In this document: one piece after another, positions 1 to 8,310 of the stretch
Layout: each line of letters starts with the position of its first letter
Numbering within the stretch: position 1 is the stretch's first letter
NCBI RefSeq assembly: GCF_003945235.1
Contig: NZ_RSDW01000001.1
Coordinates: forward strand, 4,320,001-4,352,000
Length of the DNA stretch: 32,000 bases
Direction: 5' to 3'
DNA from: Edaphobacter aggregans
GTDB taxonomy: Bacteria; Acidobacteriota; Terriglobia; Terriglobales; Acidobacteriaceae
Translations under genes and position numbers: made by a program
The notes under the pieces: generated by a model
What the model saw: the letters and a program-made list of their open reading frames with translations, nothing else
What the model was told of the DNA's origin: nothing
Databases searched by the model: none

Positions 1-83
1 GCATCGAGCTCCCGCTTGTTCTCCATAGAGCCCTTGACGCCGCCGCTATAATAAAAACAGGGGGCAAGACCGAAATCAGACAT
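1..83 (-). CDS. Partial CDS (5' end only, continues past window start), product not recognised
   Basis: A minus-strand ATG at 83..81 opens a frame that stays open to the window edge (MSDFGLAPCFYYSGGVKGSMENKRELD...). It is absent from the ORF track because no stop lies inside the window. No family motif was recognised, so it may be spurious. Confidence 0.2.
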   Translation of the reverse strand, partial: MSDFGLAPCFYYSGGVKGSMENKRELD

Positions 84-229
84 GCGCACTGCGGCGTGAA
101 CGCAGCTAAGTCCCATGCATGTAAGACTTTACGGCGATGCACCCTTTGATATCAGGACTTTAGCACAGAGGTCCAAAGCTAAGTCACATGATTAGAAGAC
201 CTTGCAGCAAAAGTATGGGGGTAAGGTAC

Positions 230-1756
230 ATGGCAGCAAAGAAGATCAAGGTGATCGGCGGAGGCCTCGCAGGCCCGGAAGCCGCCCTCCAAGCTGCGCG
301 CTTTGGCTGCCAGGTTGACCTCTACGAGATGCGCCCCACGCGCTCTACCGAGGCCCACCAGACCTCCGACTTCGCTGAACTCGTCTGCTCCAACTCCCTC
401 AAGTCCGAGTCCGAAAATACCCCCCCTTGGCTCCTCAAGCAGGAGATGCGCCGCGCCGGTTCAGTGCTTCTTACCGAGGCCGACGCCTCCGCCGTACCCG
501 CCGGACACGCCCTCGCCGTCGACCGCGTCGAGTTTTCGCGCCGCGTAGCCGACCGCATCGCCGCCGAGCCCCGCATCACCGTCCACCGCGAAGAGGTGAC
601 CACGCTGGACGAGAACGACCCCGACACCATCACCATCCTCGCCAGCGGTCCCCTTACCTCGCCCGCCCTCGCCGCCGAGCTCCAGCGCCTCACCGGAGCT
701 GACCAGCTAGCCTTCTACGACTCCATCAGCCCCATCGTCGACGCCACCACCATCGACATGGACAAGGTTTACTTCGCCGCCCGCTGGGACAAAGGCACCG
801 CTGACTACATCAACTGCCCCTTCACCAAAGAAGAGTACGACCGCTTCCTCGACGCCCTCACCACCGCCGAAGCCGTCCCCGCCAAAGAGTGGGAGCAAAT
901 CCCAACCGCTTCACAAAAGCGTCATCCTGAGCGGAGTGGTGAAACCACGGAGTCGAAGGACCCCGAAGGTGCTGACATCATCAACGCTGTCGGCCGGCTT
1001 TCAACCTCTACTGCTACGCTCCTTCACGAATCAGGAAAGCTCCAGTACTTCGAAGGCTGCCTGCCCATCGAAGAGACCGCCCGCCGCGGCCGCGACACCC
1101 TTCGCTTCGGCCCTATGAAGCCCGCGGGTCTCACCAATCCGAAGACCGGTAAATGGCCTTACGCGGTCGTCCAGTTGCGTCAGGAAAACCTCCGCGCCGA
1201 CTCCTACAACCTCGTCGGCTTCCAGAACCACCTCAAGTTCGGCGAACAGGCCCGCGTCCTCCGCCTCATCCCCGGCCTCGAAAACGCGACCTTCCTGCGC
1301 TACGGCCAGATTCACCGCAACAGCTACATCAACGCCCCAGCGCTCCTCACCGAGACGCTCCAGCTCAAAGCCCACCCGTCCATCATGATTGCCGGCCAGC
1401 TCAGCGGCGTCGAGGGCTACACCGAATCCATCGCCTCAGGCATGCTGGCTGGACGTTACGCCGCCGCGATCGCTCAAGGCATCACGCCGACTCCCGCTCC
1501 GCGGGGAAGCGCCAACGGCAGCCTGACCCACTACATCACTCACGCTGAGTCGAAAAGATTCCAACCCGCCAACATCACCTTTGACCTGCTTCTACCGCTC
1601 GAACCAGAGCTTCGCAAAAAAATGCGCGACAAAAAGGAACGCCACAAGCTCCAGTGTGATCGTGCGCTCGAAGCGTGGGCCGCGTGGCTCAATGGTGTTG
1701 AACAAAACTCTGTTCACGTCGAATCCGCTGCGATACTCTCATCGAACACCCCATGA
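230..1756 (+). CDS. trmFO: Methylenetetrahydrofolate--tRNA-(uracil54-C5)-methyltransferase TrmFO (Gid), carrying a 46-codon insertion
   Basis: ORF-track frame 188..1756. The product is collinear with the TrmFO/Gid family: N-terminal FAD-binding motif KIKVIGGGLAGPEAA, EMRP, CSNSLKS, FGPMKP, VVQLRQEN, LVGFQN, GQLSGVEGYTESIASG. The ATG at 230 follows GGGGGTAAGG and matches family N-termini better than 188. There is an ATGA stop/start overlap with the next gene at 1753-1756. Confidence 0.9.
   Translation: MAAKKIKVIGGGLAGPEAALQAARFGCQVDLYEMRPTRSTEAHQTSDFAELVCSNSLKSESENTPPWLLKQEMRRAGSVLLTEADASAVPAGHALAVDRVEFSRRVADRIAAEPRITVHREEVTTLDENDPDTITILASGPLTSPALAAELQRLTGADQLAFYDSISPIVDATTIDMDKVYFAARWDKGTADYINCPFTKEEYDRFLDALTTAEAVPAKEWEQIPTASQKRHPERSGETTESKDPEGADIINAVGRLSTSTATLLHESGKLQYFEGCLPIEETARRGRDTLRFGPMKPAGLTNPKTGKWPYAVVQLRQENLRADSYNLVGFQNHLKFGEQARVLRLIPGLENATFLRYGQIHRNSYINAPALLTETLQLKAHPSIMIAGQLSGVEGYTESIASGMLAGRYAAAIAQGITPTPAPRGSANGSLTHYITHAESKRFQPANITFDLLLPLEPELRKKMRDKKERHKLQCDRALEAWAAWLNGVEQNSVHVESAAILSSNTP
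899..1036. repeat. In-frame 138-nt repeat-element-like insertion inside trmFO
   Basis: These are extra codons between the conserved ...EWEQ and KLQYFEGC... of TrmFO. Third-position G+C is 23/46, against 52/60 in the 60 codons just upstream (hand count). The segment is flanked by direct repeats CTTCACAAA (909-917) and CTTCACGAA (1022-1030). It contains the core GTCATCCTGAGCGGAG...TCGAAGGACCCCGAAGG and the hairpin GTGGT-gaa-ACCAC (936-948). Confidence 0.5.
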
Positions 1757-2799
1757 GAACCCTTTCTGCGACAGATGCATTTACGCCTGCGATCGAACGT
1801 ACCAAAGCGATACTCCGGCCTTTTTCCCTGAAGCTCTGGCTAAAGCTTGGCCTGGTAGCGCTCATCGCCGAGATGGGCATGCAGTTCATCTTTCCGCCGG
1901 TTGGTGGGCCGCCCCACTCGTCGTCCTCAGGCATTGGCGCCTCCGCAGGAGGAGTGAATCCGCTTCTCATCACCGTGTTTGTCGTTGCAGGAGTGGTGAT
2001 GGCGATTCTTGGCCTTGCGCTCCTCTACTTCGGTTCGCGCATGCAACTCGTACTGATGGAGATGGTGGCGACGCGGTCCACCCTGGTCGCCCCATCATGG
2101 CGCAACGCTGGCCCCAAAACATGGCCATGGATTGGCCTCAAGCTCCTCTGTTTTGTGATCGCCATCGCCGTCGTCGGTGCAATCGTCGCCGTACCTTTGA
2201 TCTATCTCTTCCGTTCCATGCCGCCCAACAGTACGGCACAACCCAACCCAGCTTTTTGGGGTAGCTTCTTTCTCATCTTTACGACGATCTTTGTTGCGGT
2301 CTTCGTGCTATTGATCGTGATCTGGGCGCTACGAGACTTTGTGCTTCCATTCATGCTCTTTGAGGACGCAAAGGTTGGCGCAGCAGTTAGCCGTACGGTT
2401 GATCTTATTCGTCGCGAAACAGGCAGCGTTCTCTTTTACTTTCTAATGAAGTTCGCCTTCACGATGGCGGCAGGCCTGGCGGCGGAGCTGTGCCTACTTG
2501 CTGCGCTTTTTGTCATAGCGATCCCCACCGGCATCATCGGAGGCGGATTCTGGTTCGCGCTTCATAATGCTGGCGAGTTCGGAATTCTATTGATGTACGT
2601 CAGTTTCGGATTGCTGGGAGTCGCCTCATTAGCAGTCTTTTTTACCGCGATTATTTGCATCGGCGGAGCTGTTCTGATCTTCAATCAGGCCTACGCACTT
2701 TACTTCATAGGTGGACGGATCCCTCGACTCGGAGATCTGCTCGAACCGCCTCCGCCGCCCTTCTTCGAAGGCTCTCCTCAAGCGCTAAGCCCGTTTTAA
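1753..2799 (+). CDS. Polytopic integral membrane protein, function unknown
   Basis: 348-aa ORF, ATGA-coupled to trmFO. It has multiple long hydrophobic segments (LITVFVVAGVVMAILGLALLYF, LLCFVIAIAVVGAIVAVPLIYLF, FFLIFTTIFVAVFVLLIVIWAL, LAAELCLLAALFVIAIPTGIIGGGFWF) and a Pro-rich C-terminus. No family was recognised. Confidence 0.6.
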   Translation: MRTLSATDAFTPAIERTKAILRPFSLKLWLKLGLVALIAEMGMQFIFPPVGGPPHSSSSGIGASAGGVNPLLITVFVVAGVVMAILGLALLYFGSRMQLVLMEMVATRSTLVAPSWRNAGPKTWPWIGLKLLCFVIAIAVVGAIVAVPLIYLFRSMPPNSTAQPNPAFWGSFFLIFTTIFVAVFVLLIVIWALRDFVLPFMLFEDAKVGAAVSRTVDLIRRETGSVLFYFLMKFAFTMAAGLAAELCLLAALFVIAIPTGIIGGGFWFALHNAGEFGILLMYVSFGLLGVASLAVFFTAIICIGGAVLIFNQAYALYFIGGRIPRLGDLLEPPPPPFFEGSPQALSPF

Positions 2800-2803
2800 A
2801 CCC

Positions 2804-4666
2804 TTACTCCGTCTTCTTCTTGTTTCGCGCCTTGATCTTGAACCAGATGGGCGAACCGATAAACCCGAAACTGTCTCGGATCTGGTTTCCGAGGAAGCGC
2901 TCGAACGAGAAGTGCAGCTTCACGTCCTTGTCGGTGAATAGCACGAACGTTGGCGGAGCCACAGCTGCCTGGGTCATGTAGTAGATTCGTACGCGCTTGT
3001 TCATCGGCACGCTGGCCTTCTGGAAGTCCACGCGCTCGAGGAACCGGTTCATCTGGCCGGTGGTGACGCGCTTGCGGCGTTCGCGAGCTACGAGTTCGAC
3101 CTTCTTGAAGACCGACTCGATGTTCTTGCCGTCGGCCGCCGAGATGAACAGCAGCGGAGCGTAGTCCAGGTACTTCAGCGCATCGCGCACCTGCTGCTCG
3201 TAGACCTTCTGGTCAGAGGGAGGCTTGCCGTCGAAGAGGCGCATGCCATCGGGACCAGTCTTTGTCATCAGGTCCCACTTATTGACAACGATGATGACGC
3301 TGCGGCCGCTCTCGTGGGCATAGCCGCCGATGTTGGCATCGAGCGCAGCCACGCCTTCGGTGGCGTCGATGACGAGCAGGGAGACGTCGGCAGCCTCAAG
3401 GTGCTTGCGCGCCATGATGACGGAGAGCTTCTCTGCCATCAGCTTGGTCTTGCCCTTGCGACGAATGCCCGCGGTGTCAACGAAGCGGAAGCTGTGGCCG
3501 CCGCGCTCGACGACTTCATCGACAGCATCGCGAGTGGTCCCGGCGATGGGCGAGACGATGGCGCGCTGGGTTCCGGTGAGTGCGTTGAGCAGCGTGCTCT
3601 TGCCGACGTTGGGACGTCCGATGATGGCGATTTTGGTCTCTTTGCTGTCGTACTCACCATGCGAACGGAGGCGGCGGACCGGGGCGAAGTCGGGGCCGTC
3701 TTCGTCCTCGGCCATCTCCTCTTCTGCGGTAAGCATGGTCGCTTCCGGCTCTTCGGTCTCCATCTCCGGCAGGATGTCGAAGACCTCGTCGAGCAGGTCT
3801 CCGATGCCACTGCCGTGTTCGGCGGAGATGGGCAGGACGTTCCTGAAGCCGAGGCGGCGGAAGTTCTCCGCCTGTACCTGCATGGACTCGGTGTCCATCT
3901 TGTTGACCGCGAGGAACAGGGGCTTGCCGCCGCGCAGGAGCAGGCGGGAAAGCTCCATGTCGGGCGAGGCGAGCTCTGTGCGGCCGTCTACGACCATGAC
4001 GATAGCGTCAGCCTCGTCGAGCGCGACCTGGGCCTGGCGGAAGATCTCGCTGGGGATGAGGGCTTCATCGTCGGGGATGACACCGCCGGTGTCGACGATA
4101 CGAGCATCGCGACCCATCCACTCGATCTCGCCGTAGATGCGGTCGCGGGTGATGCCGGGTTCGTCGCCGACGATAGAGCGTCGGGAGCCGGTGAGCCGGT
4201 TGAAGAGAGTAGATTTACCTACGTTTGGCCGCCCGCAGATGGCGATCAAGGGGAGTTGGCGTGCGTCGGCGCTCTCGGTCTCGGTGGCCATCTGTGAGGC
4301 CAGCAGCTCGACCTCGCGCCAGTCTTCCTCGCCGAGTCGTTCGCGTCCTGCAACGTTGGCCGAGTTCGGTGTCTGGCGGCCTACGATTCCGTCGGCAGGC
4401 TGGACGTACTTCGGACGCGCCGATGTTGCAGGCCTCTTCGCCGAAGGGCCGTCGCGCTGAATCGTCTTGCGCCGTTCCTTATCCGGGGACTGCTTGGTGA
4501 TTCGCGCAGCCTTCTCGTTCGCGGCTCGTTTGATCGACAGGATCTTCCGCTTCCGGGGATCCACAGCCCCGGTAGTGGGGGAGGCCTTGGGAGCCCGTCC
4601 TTTTTTAGGGCGGGTGCTCGCTTGTCTGTGTTTTTTACCTAACCGCTTCTTGTCGTTTTGGGCCAC
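2804..4666 (-). CDS. der: Ribosome-biogenesis GTPase Der/EngA with a long basic N-terminal extension
   Basis: Two tandem GTPase domains, each with G1 GRPNVGKSTL(F/L)N, G3 DT(G/A)G and G4 NK(M/W)D, plus a C-terminal KH-like domain (VRIYYMTQAAVAPPTFVLF). The ORF starts at GTG 4666 with no convincing SD. The canonical Der core would begin near ATG 4291 (MATETES...). The start is therefore uncertain. Confidence 0.9.
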   Translation of the reverse strand: MAQNDKKRLGKKHRQASTRPKKGRAPKASPTTGAVDPRKRKILSIKRAANEKAARITKQSPDKERRKTIQRDGPSAKRPATSARPKYVQPADGIVGRQTPNSANVAGRERLGEEDWREVELLASQMATETESADARQLPLIAICGRPNVGKSTLFNRLTGSRRSIVGDEPGITRDRIYGEIEWMGRDARIVDTGGVIPDDEALIPSEIFRQAQVALDEADAIVMVVDGRTELASPDMELSRLLLRGGKPLFLAVNKMDTESMQVQAENFRRLGFRNVLPISAEHGSGIGDLLDEVFDILPEMETEEPEATMLTAEEEMAEDEDGPDFAPVRRLRSHGEYDSKETKIAIIGRPNVGKSTLLNALTGTQRAIVSPIAGTTRDAVDEVVERGGHSFRFVDTAGIRRKGKTKLMAEKLSVIMARKHLEAADVSLLVIDATEGVAALDANIGGYAHESGRSVIIVVNKWDLMTKTGPDGMRLFDGKPPSDQKVYEQQVRDALKYLDYAPLLFISAADGKNIESVFKKVELVARERRKRVTTGQMNRFLERVDFQKASVPMNKRVRIYYMTQAAVAPPTFVLFTDKDVKLHFSFERFLGNQIRDSFGFIGSPIWFKIKARNKKKTE

Positions 4667-4817
4667 GGTGAATGTCCGGCTTTCTCCCGCGCACCATTTC
4701 AGGCGGCAAGGCTAATTACGTTACAGCAACTTACAGGGGAGTTCCCAGTATTTCAGCTTCGCTGTCTATTATAGAAACTGCGCCGTATCTTCGCCTCACT
4801 CCCGCGCAATTTGAACC

Positions 4818-6875
4818 TTGTCGACCACGGCACCCATCTCGATTGCACCGGCTCCGCCAGACAGGCTGCCGTCGCTGCACAACTTTTTTGCGCCCGGCGG
4901 AATCCTGTCGCAATCGTCGCTGGCGTTCGAGCATAGGCGCGGCCAGTATGACATGGCTCGCGCGATTGAGAAGGCGTTTGACGATAAGCGACACCTGATC
5001 GTCGAAGCCGGAACAGGAACAGGCAAGACGCTCGCGTATCTGTTGCCTGCGCTGAGGATGGCTCGTGAGCGGCAGCAGCGAGTCATTATCTCGACCGGGA
5101 CGAAGAACCTGCAGGAGCAGCTGTTCTTCAAGGACGTACCCTTTCTCGAATCGCTGCTGGGACCACTGAAGGTCTGCTATATGAAGGGTCGCAGCAACTA
5201 TCTATGCCGCCACAAGCTGTATGCACTGCGGGACAATCCGCTGCTGAATGGTTTGGAGGAGATCGATCAGTTCCATGCGATTGCGGCGTGGGAGCGAACG
5301 ACTGAGACTGGCGACCGAGCCGAGATCGATGTCCTGCCGGAGTCTTCCGCCCTTTGGCACAAGCTGGATGCGCGCACGGAGGCTTGCCTGGGTCAGAGCT
5401 GCCCGGATTGGGAGCGGTGTTTCGTTACGGCCATGCGGCGTAAGGCGCTTGAGTCCGACATTATCATCGTCAACCACCATCTGTTCTTTGCCGATCTCAG
5501 CATCAAGCAGCAGGCGGGGAATGCGCCGGACGCGGGGATTCTGCCAGAGGCTGCAGCTGTGGTCTTTGATGAGGCGCATGAGTTGGAGGAGGTGGCTTCG
5601 AACTACTTCGGTATCGGCCTGAGTACGCAACGATTCGATGAGCTTGTCCGCGATGTGGACATGATGCTGAAGGCCAAGCAGGCTTCGACGTCTGCCATCG
5701 AGAGCGCGTGTGGCACGCTGAAGGAGCGGGCTCGGATGTTCTTCGCAGCGCTGCCGACTGAGGTGACGGGAGGCGCTGGGGTTGGTCGCATGCCATTTGA
5801 AGAACGCGAGACGTTCCTTGAGGAGAGCGGCGATTACTACACGGCTACGCTAAATGCGCTGACGCGGCTCGAAGGCGAATTGGAACGAGTGAAGAATGTT
5901 GAGGAGTCTACGGGGCTTCGCAAGCGGGCTGCGGATATTCGGGCTCATCTCGCGTTTCTGCTGGAATCGAGTGACCGCAATACCGTCTTCTGGATTGAGC
6001 GGCGGCCCGCTGGAGGTGTTCGCAATCTAGCGCGGGGGCACAGTCAGTCGGCCTTCCATACGCATCTGCAGGCGACTCCGATTGATGTGTCGGAGCTGCT
6101 TTCGACTTCGTTGTTCGATAGCTATGCGAGTGTGATTCTTACCTCGGCGACGCTGACGGTTTCGGGAGGGTTTGAGCACATTCGCAAGCGGCTGGGGATG
6201 GCCACAGCGAGGGAGTTGGTTGTGCCGTCGCACTTCAACTACGAGAAGCAGGCGCTGTTGTATCTGCCGCCTAATATGCCGGATCCGCGAGATGCGGACT
6301 TTGGGGTGAAGGCGGCGGAACGCATCCGGCGAGTGCTGGAGATCACTCGCGGCCGCGCGTTTTGCTTATTTACGAGCTATAGCCAGATGCGTGACACATA
6401 TGAGCGCATGCTGGCTGAGCTGCCTTATACTCTGCTGCTTCATGGGACTGCTCCGCGGCATGTGCTGCTGCAGCAGTTTCGCGATACGCCGAATGCTGTT
6501 CTCTTCGGGACGTCGAGCTTCTGGCAGGGAGTAGACGTGCAGGGTGAGCAATTGAGCTGCGTGATCATCGACAAGCTACCTTTCGCGGTGCCGAATGATC
6601 CGGTGGTGAAGGCGCGGATGGAGGCGATCGAAGCGATGGGCGGCAAACCCTTCTTCGATTATCAAGTGCCTAATGCCGTTATTACGCTGAAGCAGGGCTT
6701 CGGGCGGTTGATTCGCTCGTTGCATGATCGGGGTGTGCTGATGCTGCTCGATCCGCGGATTCAGCGCCAACGCTATGGGCGGATCTTTTTGGAGAGCTTG
6801 CCGTCGTATCGGATGACGCAAGAGATCGCCGATGTTGAGCAGTTCTTTGCAGTGGAGAAATCTGAGAAGCTATAA
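4818..6875 (+). CDS. dinG: DinG/XPD(Rad3)-family ATP-dependent DNA helicase, Fe-S type
   Basis: Walker A EAGTGTGKTLAYLLPA, DEAH box VVFDEAHELEE, and a Cys cluster (YLCRHK ... ACLGQSCPDWERCF) as in Fe-S DinG/XPD helicases. Late motifs are SFWQGVD and GFGRLIRS. The start is TTG at 4818; the next ATG (4953) would remove the conserved N-terminus. Confidence 0.85.
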   Translation: MSTTAPISIAPAPPDRLPSLHNFFAPGGILSQSSLAFEHRRGQYDMARAIEKAFDDKRHLIVEAGTGTGKTLAYLLPALRMARERQQRVIISTGTKNLQEQLFFKDVPFLESLLGPLKVCYMKGRSNYLCRHKLYALRDNPLLNGLEEIDQFHAIAAWERTTETGDRAEIDVLPESSALWHKLDARTEACLGQSCPDWERCFVTAMRRKALESDIIIVNHHLFFADLSIKQQAGNAPDAGILPEAAAVVFDEAHELEEVASNYFGIGLSTQRFDELVRDVDMMLKAKQASTSAIESACGTLKERARMFFAALPTEVTGGAGVGRMPFEERETFLEESGDYYTATLNALTRLEGELERVKNVEESTGLRKRAADIRAHLAFLLESSDRNTVFWIERRPAGGVRNLARGHSQSAFHTHLQATPIDVSELLSTSLFDSYASVILTSATLTVSGGFEHIRKRLGMATARELVVPSHFNYEKQALLYLPPNMPDPRDADFGVKAAERIRRVLEITRGRAFCLFTSYSQMRDTYERMLAELPYTLLLHGTAPRHVLLQQFRDTPNAVLFGTSSFWQGVDVQGEQLSCVIIDKLPFAVPNDPVVKARMEAIEAMGGKPFFDYQVPNAVITLKQGFGRLIRSLHDRGVLMLLDPRIQRQRYGRIFLESLPSYRMTQEIADVEQFFAVEKSEKL

Positions 6876-6883
6876 ACAGCACT

Positions 6884-7129
6884 ATGGGACGCAATCTTTA
6901 CATTCTCGCTGCAACGCTGGGCCTATTCGCACTGATTTCTTGCGCGGTGGCGTATACGAACATCGCGCAGCAGCCTGGATCGCCTGGGGATGTGGCGCTG
7001 TGGCGTACGATGGGGCTTGGATTTTTCGTGATTGCGTTGATTGTGGCGCTGGCTGGGATCCTATCGTCGTTGTTTGAGCAGGCTGAGCGACGCTCCGAAG
7101 AGGCTCGCAGGGCGAAGCGCAAACGGTAA
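6884..7129 (+). CDS. Small two-TM membrane protein, hypothetical
   Basis: 81-aa ORF with two hydrophobic helices (LYILAATLGLFALISCAVAY; LGFFVIALIVALAGILSSLF) and a basic C-terminal tail. Its codon style matches the neighbouring genes. There is no SD and no recognised family. Confidence 0.45.
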   Translation: MGRNLYILAATLGLFALISCAVAYTNIAQQPGSPGDVALWRTMGLGFFVIALIVALAGILSSLFEQAERRSEEARRAKRKR

Positions 7130-7237
7130 ACGGGCGGATAAAACGGTACAATCGAAGTACGGATAAAGCTGAAGCCGCGACCCCCAGATCCCATCTAAAT
7201 TCTAGATACGCGGCAAACCGAAGGGAATGCAAGAGTC

Positions 7238-7615
7238 ATGTTTGAAGTAACCGTAGAAGCCGGGTTTTCTTCCGGCCACTACCTTCGCAATTACAAAGGC
7301 AAGTGCGAGAATCCGCATGGCCATAACTATCGTGTGTTCGTTACGCTGATTGGCAAAGAGCTGGATGAGGCAGGACTTCTGCTGGATTTCAAGCTGTTGA
7401 AGCAGGTGATGCGTCCTGTTGTCGACCGGCTCGATCACCAGATGATCAACGATCTTGAGCCGTTCACCGTGGTGAATCCGTCGGCTGAGAACCTTGCGCG
7501 CTATTTCTATGAAGAGACCGCTAATCAACTTGATGAGATGACCGCAGGCCGCGTCCAGATCAAAGACTGCACTCTGTACGAGACCGACACCAGCTTTGCC
7601 CGTTACTACGAGTAG
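7238..7615 (+). CDS. queD: 6-carboxy-5,6,7,8-tetrahydropterin synthase QueD
   Basis: 125 aa with a PTPS/QueD signature (GKCENPHGHNYRVFV, LDHQMIND, final TLYETDTSFARY). AAGAG lies upstream of the ATG. It is followed directly by queE. Confidence 0.9.
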   Translation: MFEVTVEAGFSSGHYLRNYKGKCENPHGHNYRVFVTLIGKELDEAGLLLDFKLLKQVMRPVVDRLDHQMINDLEPFTVVNPSAENLARYFYEETANQLDEMTAGRVQIKDCTLYETDTSFARYYE

Positions 7616-7626
7616 CACTCCTCTTC

Positions 7627-8310
7627 ATGTATCTCATTGAGCTTTACAAATCGGTTCAGGGTGAATCTTCCTTTGCAGGGCTGCCGTGTATCTTTGTGCG
7701 GCTCGCCGGATGCAATCTGCGCTGCGCCTGGTGCGACTCGGAGTACACCTTCACGGGCGGCAAGCCCTTCACAGAAGATGAGATCGTCGCGCAAATAGAA
7801 GCACTTGCCCCCTGCAGGCTCATTGAGTTTACGGGCGGCGAGCCGATGCTGCAGGCCCGCGAACTGCTGCCGTTGATGGATCGGCTGCTGGCGCAGGACT
7901 ATACCCTGATGATCGAGACCAGTGGCGAGCGTCCTTTGGCCGAAGTGCCCAAGGCTGTGCATAAGATCGTCGACGTAAAGTGTCCGAGTGCAGGCTCCGC
8001 TGCGAACAGCTTCCGTCTCGAGAATCTCTCTGCCCTAACTAAAAACGATGAGGTTAAGTTCGTTCTCAGCGACCGTGCCGACTACGAATTTGCTCGCGAC
8101 TTTATTCGTGCTCATGTGCTCGAAGAAAAAGCAGGGCAGATTCTGCTCTCGCCGGCGTTTCAAAAGACTCCTAGCCCCCAGAGGACTGCCGACAACATGG
8201 CGCTCGATCCACGCAAGCTTGTCGACTGGATGCTGGCAGACGGCCTTCCGGCGCGGCTTTCACTGCAGATTCACAAGTTCATCTGGGAACCGCAGAAGAA
8301 GGGCGTCTAG
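7627..8310 (+). CDS. queE: 7-carboxy-7-deazaguanine synthase QueE (radical SAM)
   Basis: N-terminal QGES...G, cluster motif CNLRCAWCDS, and FTGGEPML. It is 227 aa and starts 12 nt downstream of queD. Confidence 0.9.
   Translation: MYLIELYKSVQGESSFAGLPCIFVRLAGCNLRCAWCDSEYTFTGGKPFTEDEIVAQIEALAPCRLIEFTGGEPMLQARELLPLMDRLLAQDYTLMIETSGERPLAEVPKAVHKIVDVKCPSAGSAANSFRLENLSALTKNDEVKFVLSDRADYEFARDFIRAHVLEEKAGQILLSPAFQKTPSPQRTADNMALDPRKLVDWMLADGLPARLSLQIHKFIWEPQKKGV

Noticed and set aside
899-1036. An intein or self-splicing intron in trmFO.
   Set aside because: 46 aa is far too short for an intein, and the junctions lack the Cys/Ser/Thr...His-Asn signatures. 138 nt is too short for group I or II introns, and no such structure is visible.
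3314-4297. A 327-aa ORF antisense to der. A similar 377-aa ORF lies antisense to the S9 peptidase at 20245-21378.
   Set aside because: The reasoning is the same as for the other shadow ORFs. The translations are Gly/Asp/Ala/Val-rich low complexity opposite strongly supported genes.
4741-4755. A LexA box (GTTC-N7-GTTC type, as reported for Acidobacterium and Alphaproteobacteria) upstream of dinG.
   Set aside because: The sequence is GTTCccagtatTTCA. The second half-site does not match GTTC, so this is only a half-site.
7130-7237. A preQ1 riboswitch upstream of queD.
   Set aside because: Only a 5-bp hairpin is present (ATCTA-aattc-TAGAT, about 7193-7207). The A-rich tail with the conserved ...AAAAAACUA... 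pseudoknot segment of preQ1-I is absent, and nothing resembles preQ1-II or preQ1-III.
4818-8310. A DinG-like helicase next to queD-queE, considered as a Dpd-type 7-deazaguanine DNA-modification or defence island.
   Set aside because: There is no TGT-like DpdA, no DpdB/C, and no queC or folE. No additional helicase, nuclease or ATPase genes are present. The composition matches the surrounding core genes. The adjacency is most simply housekeeping.
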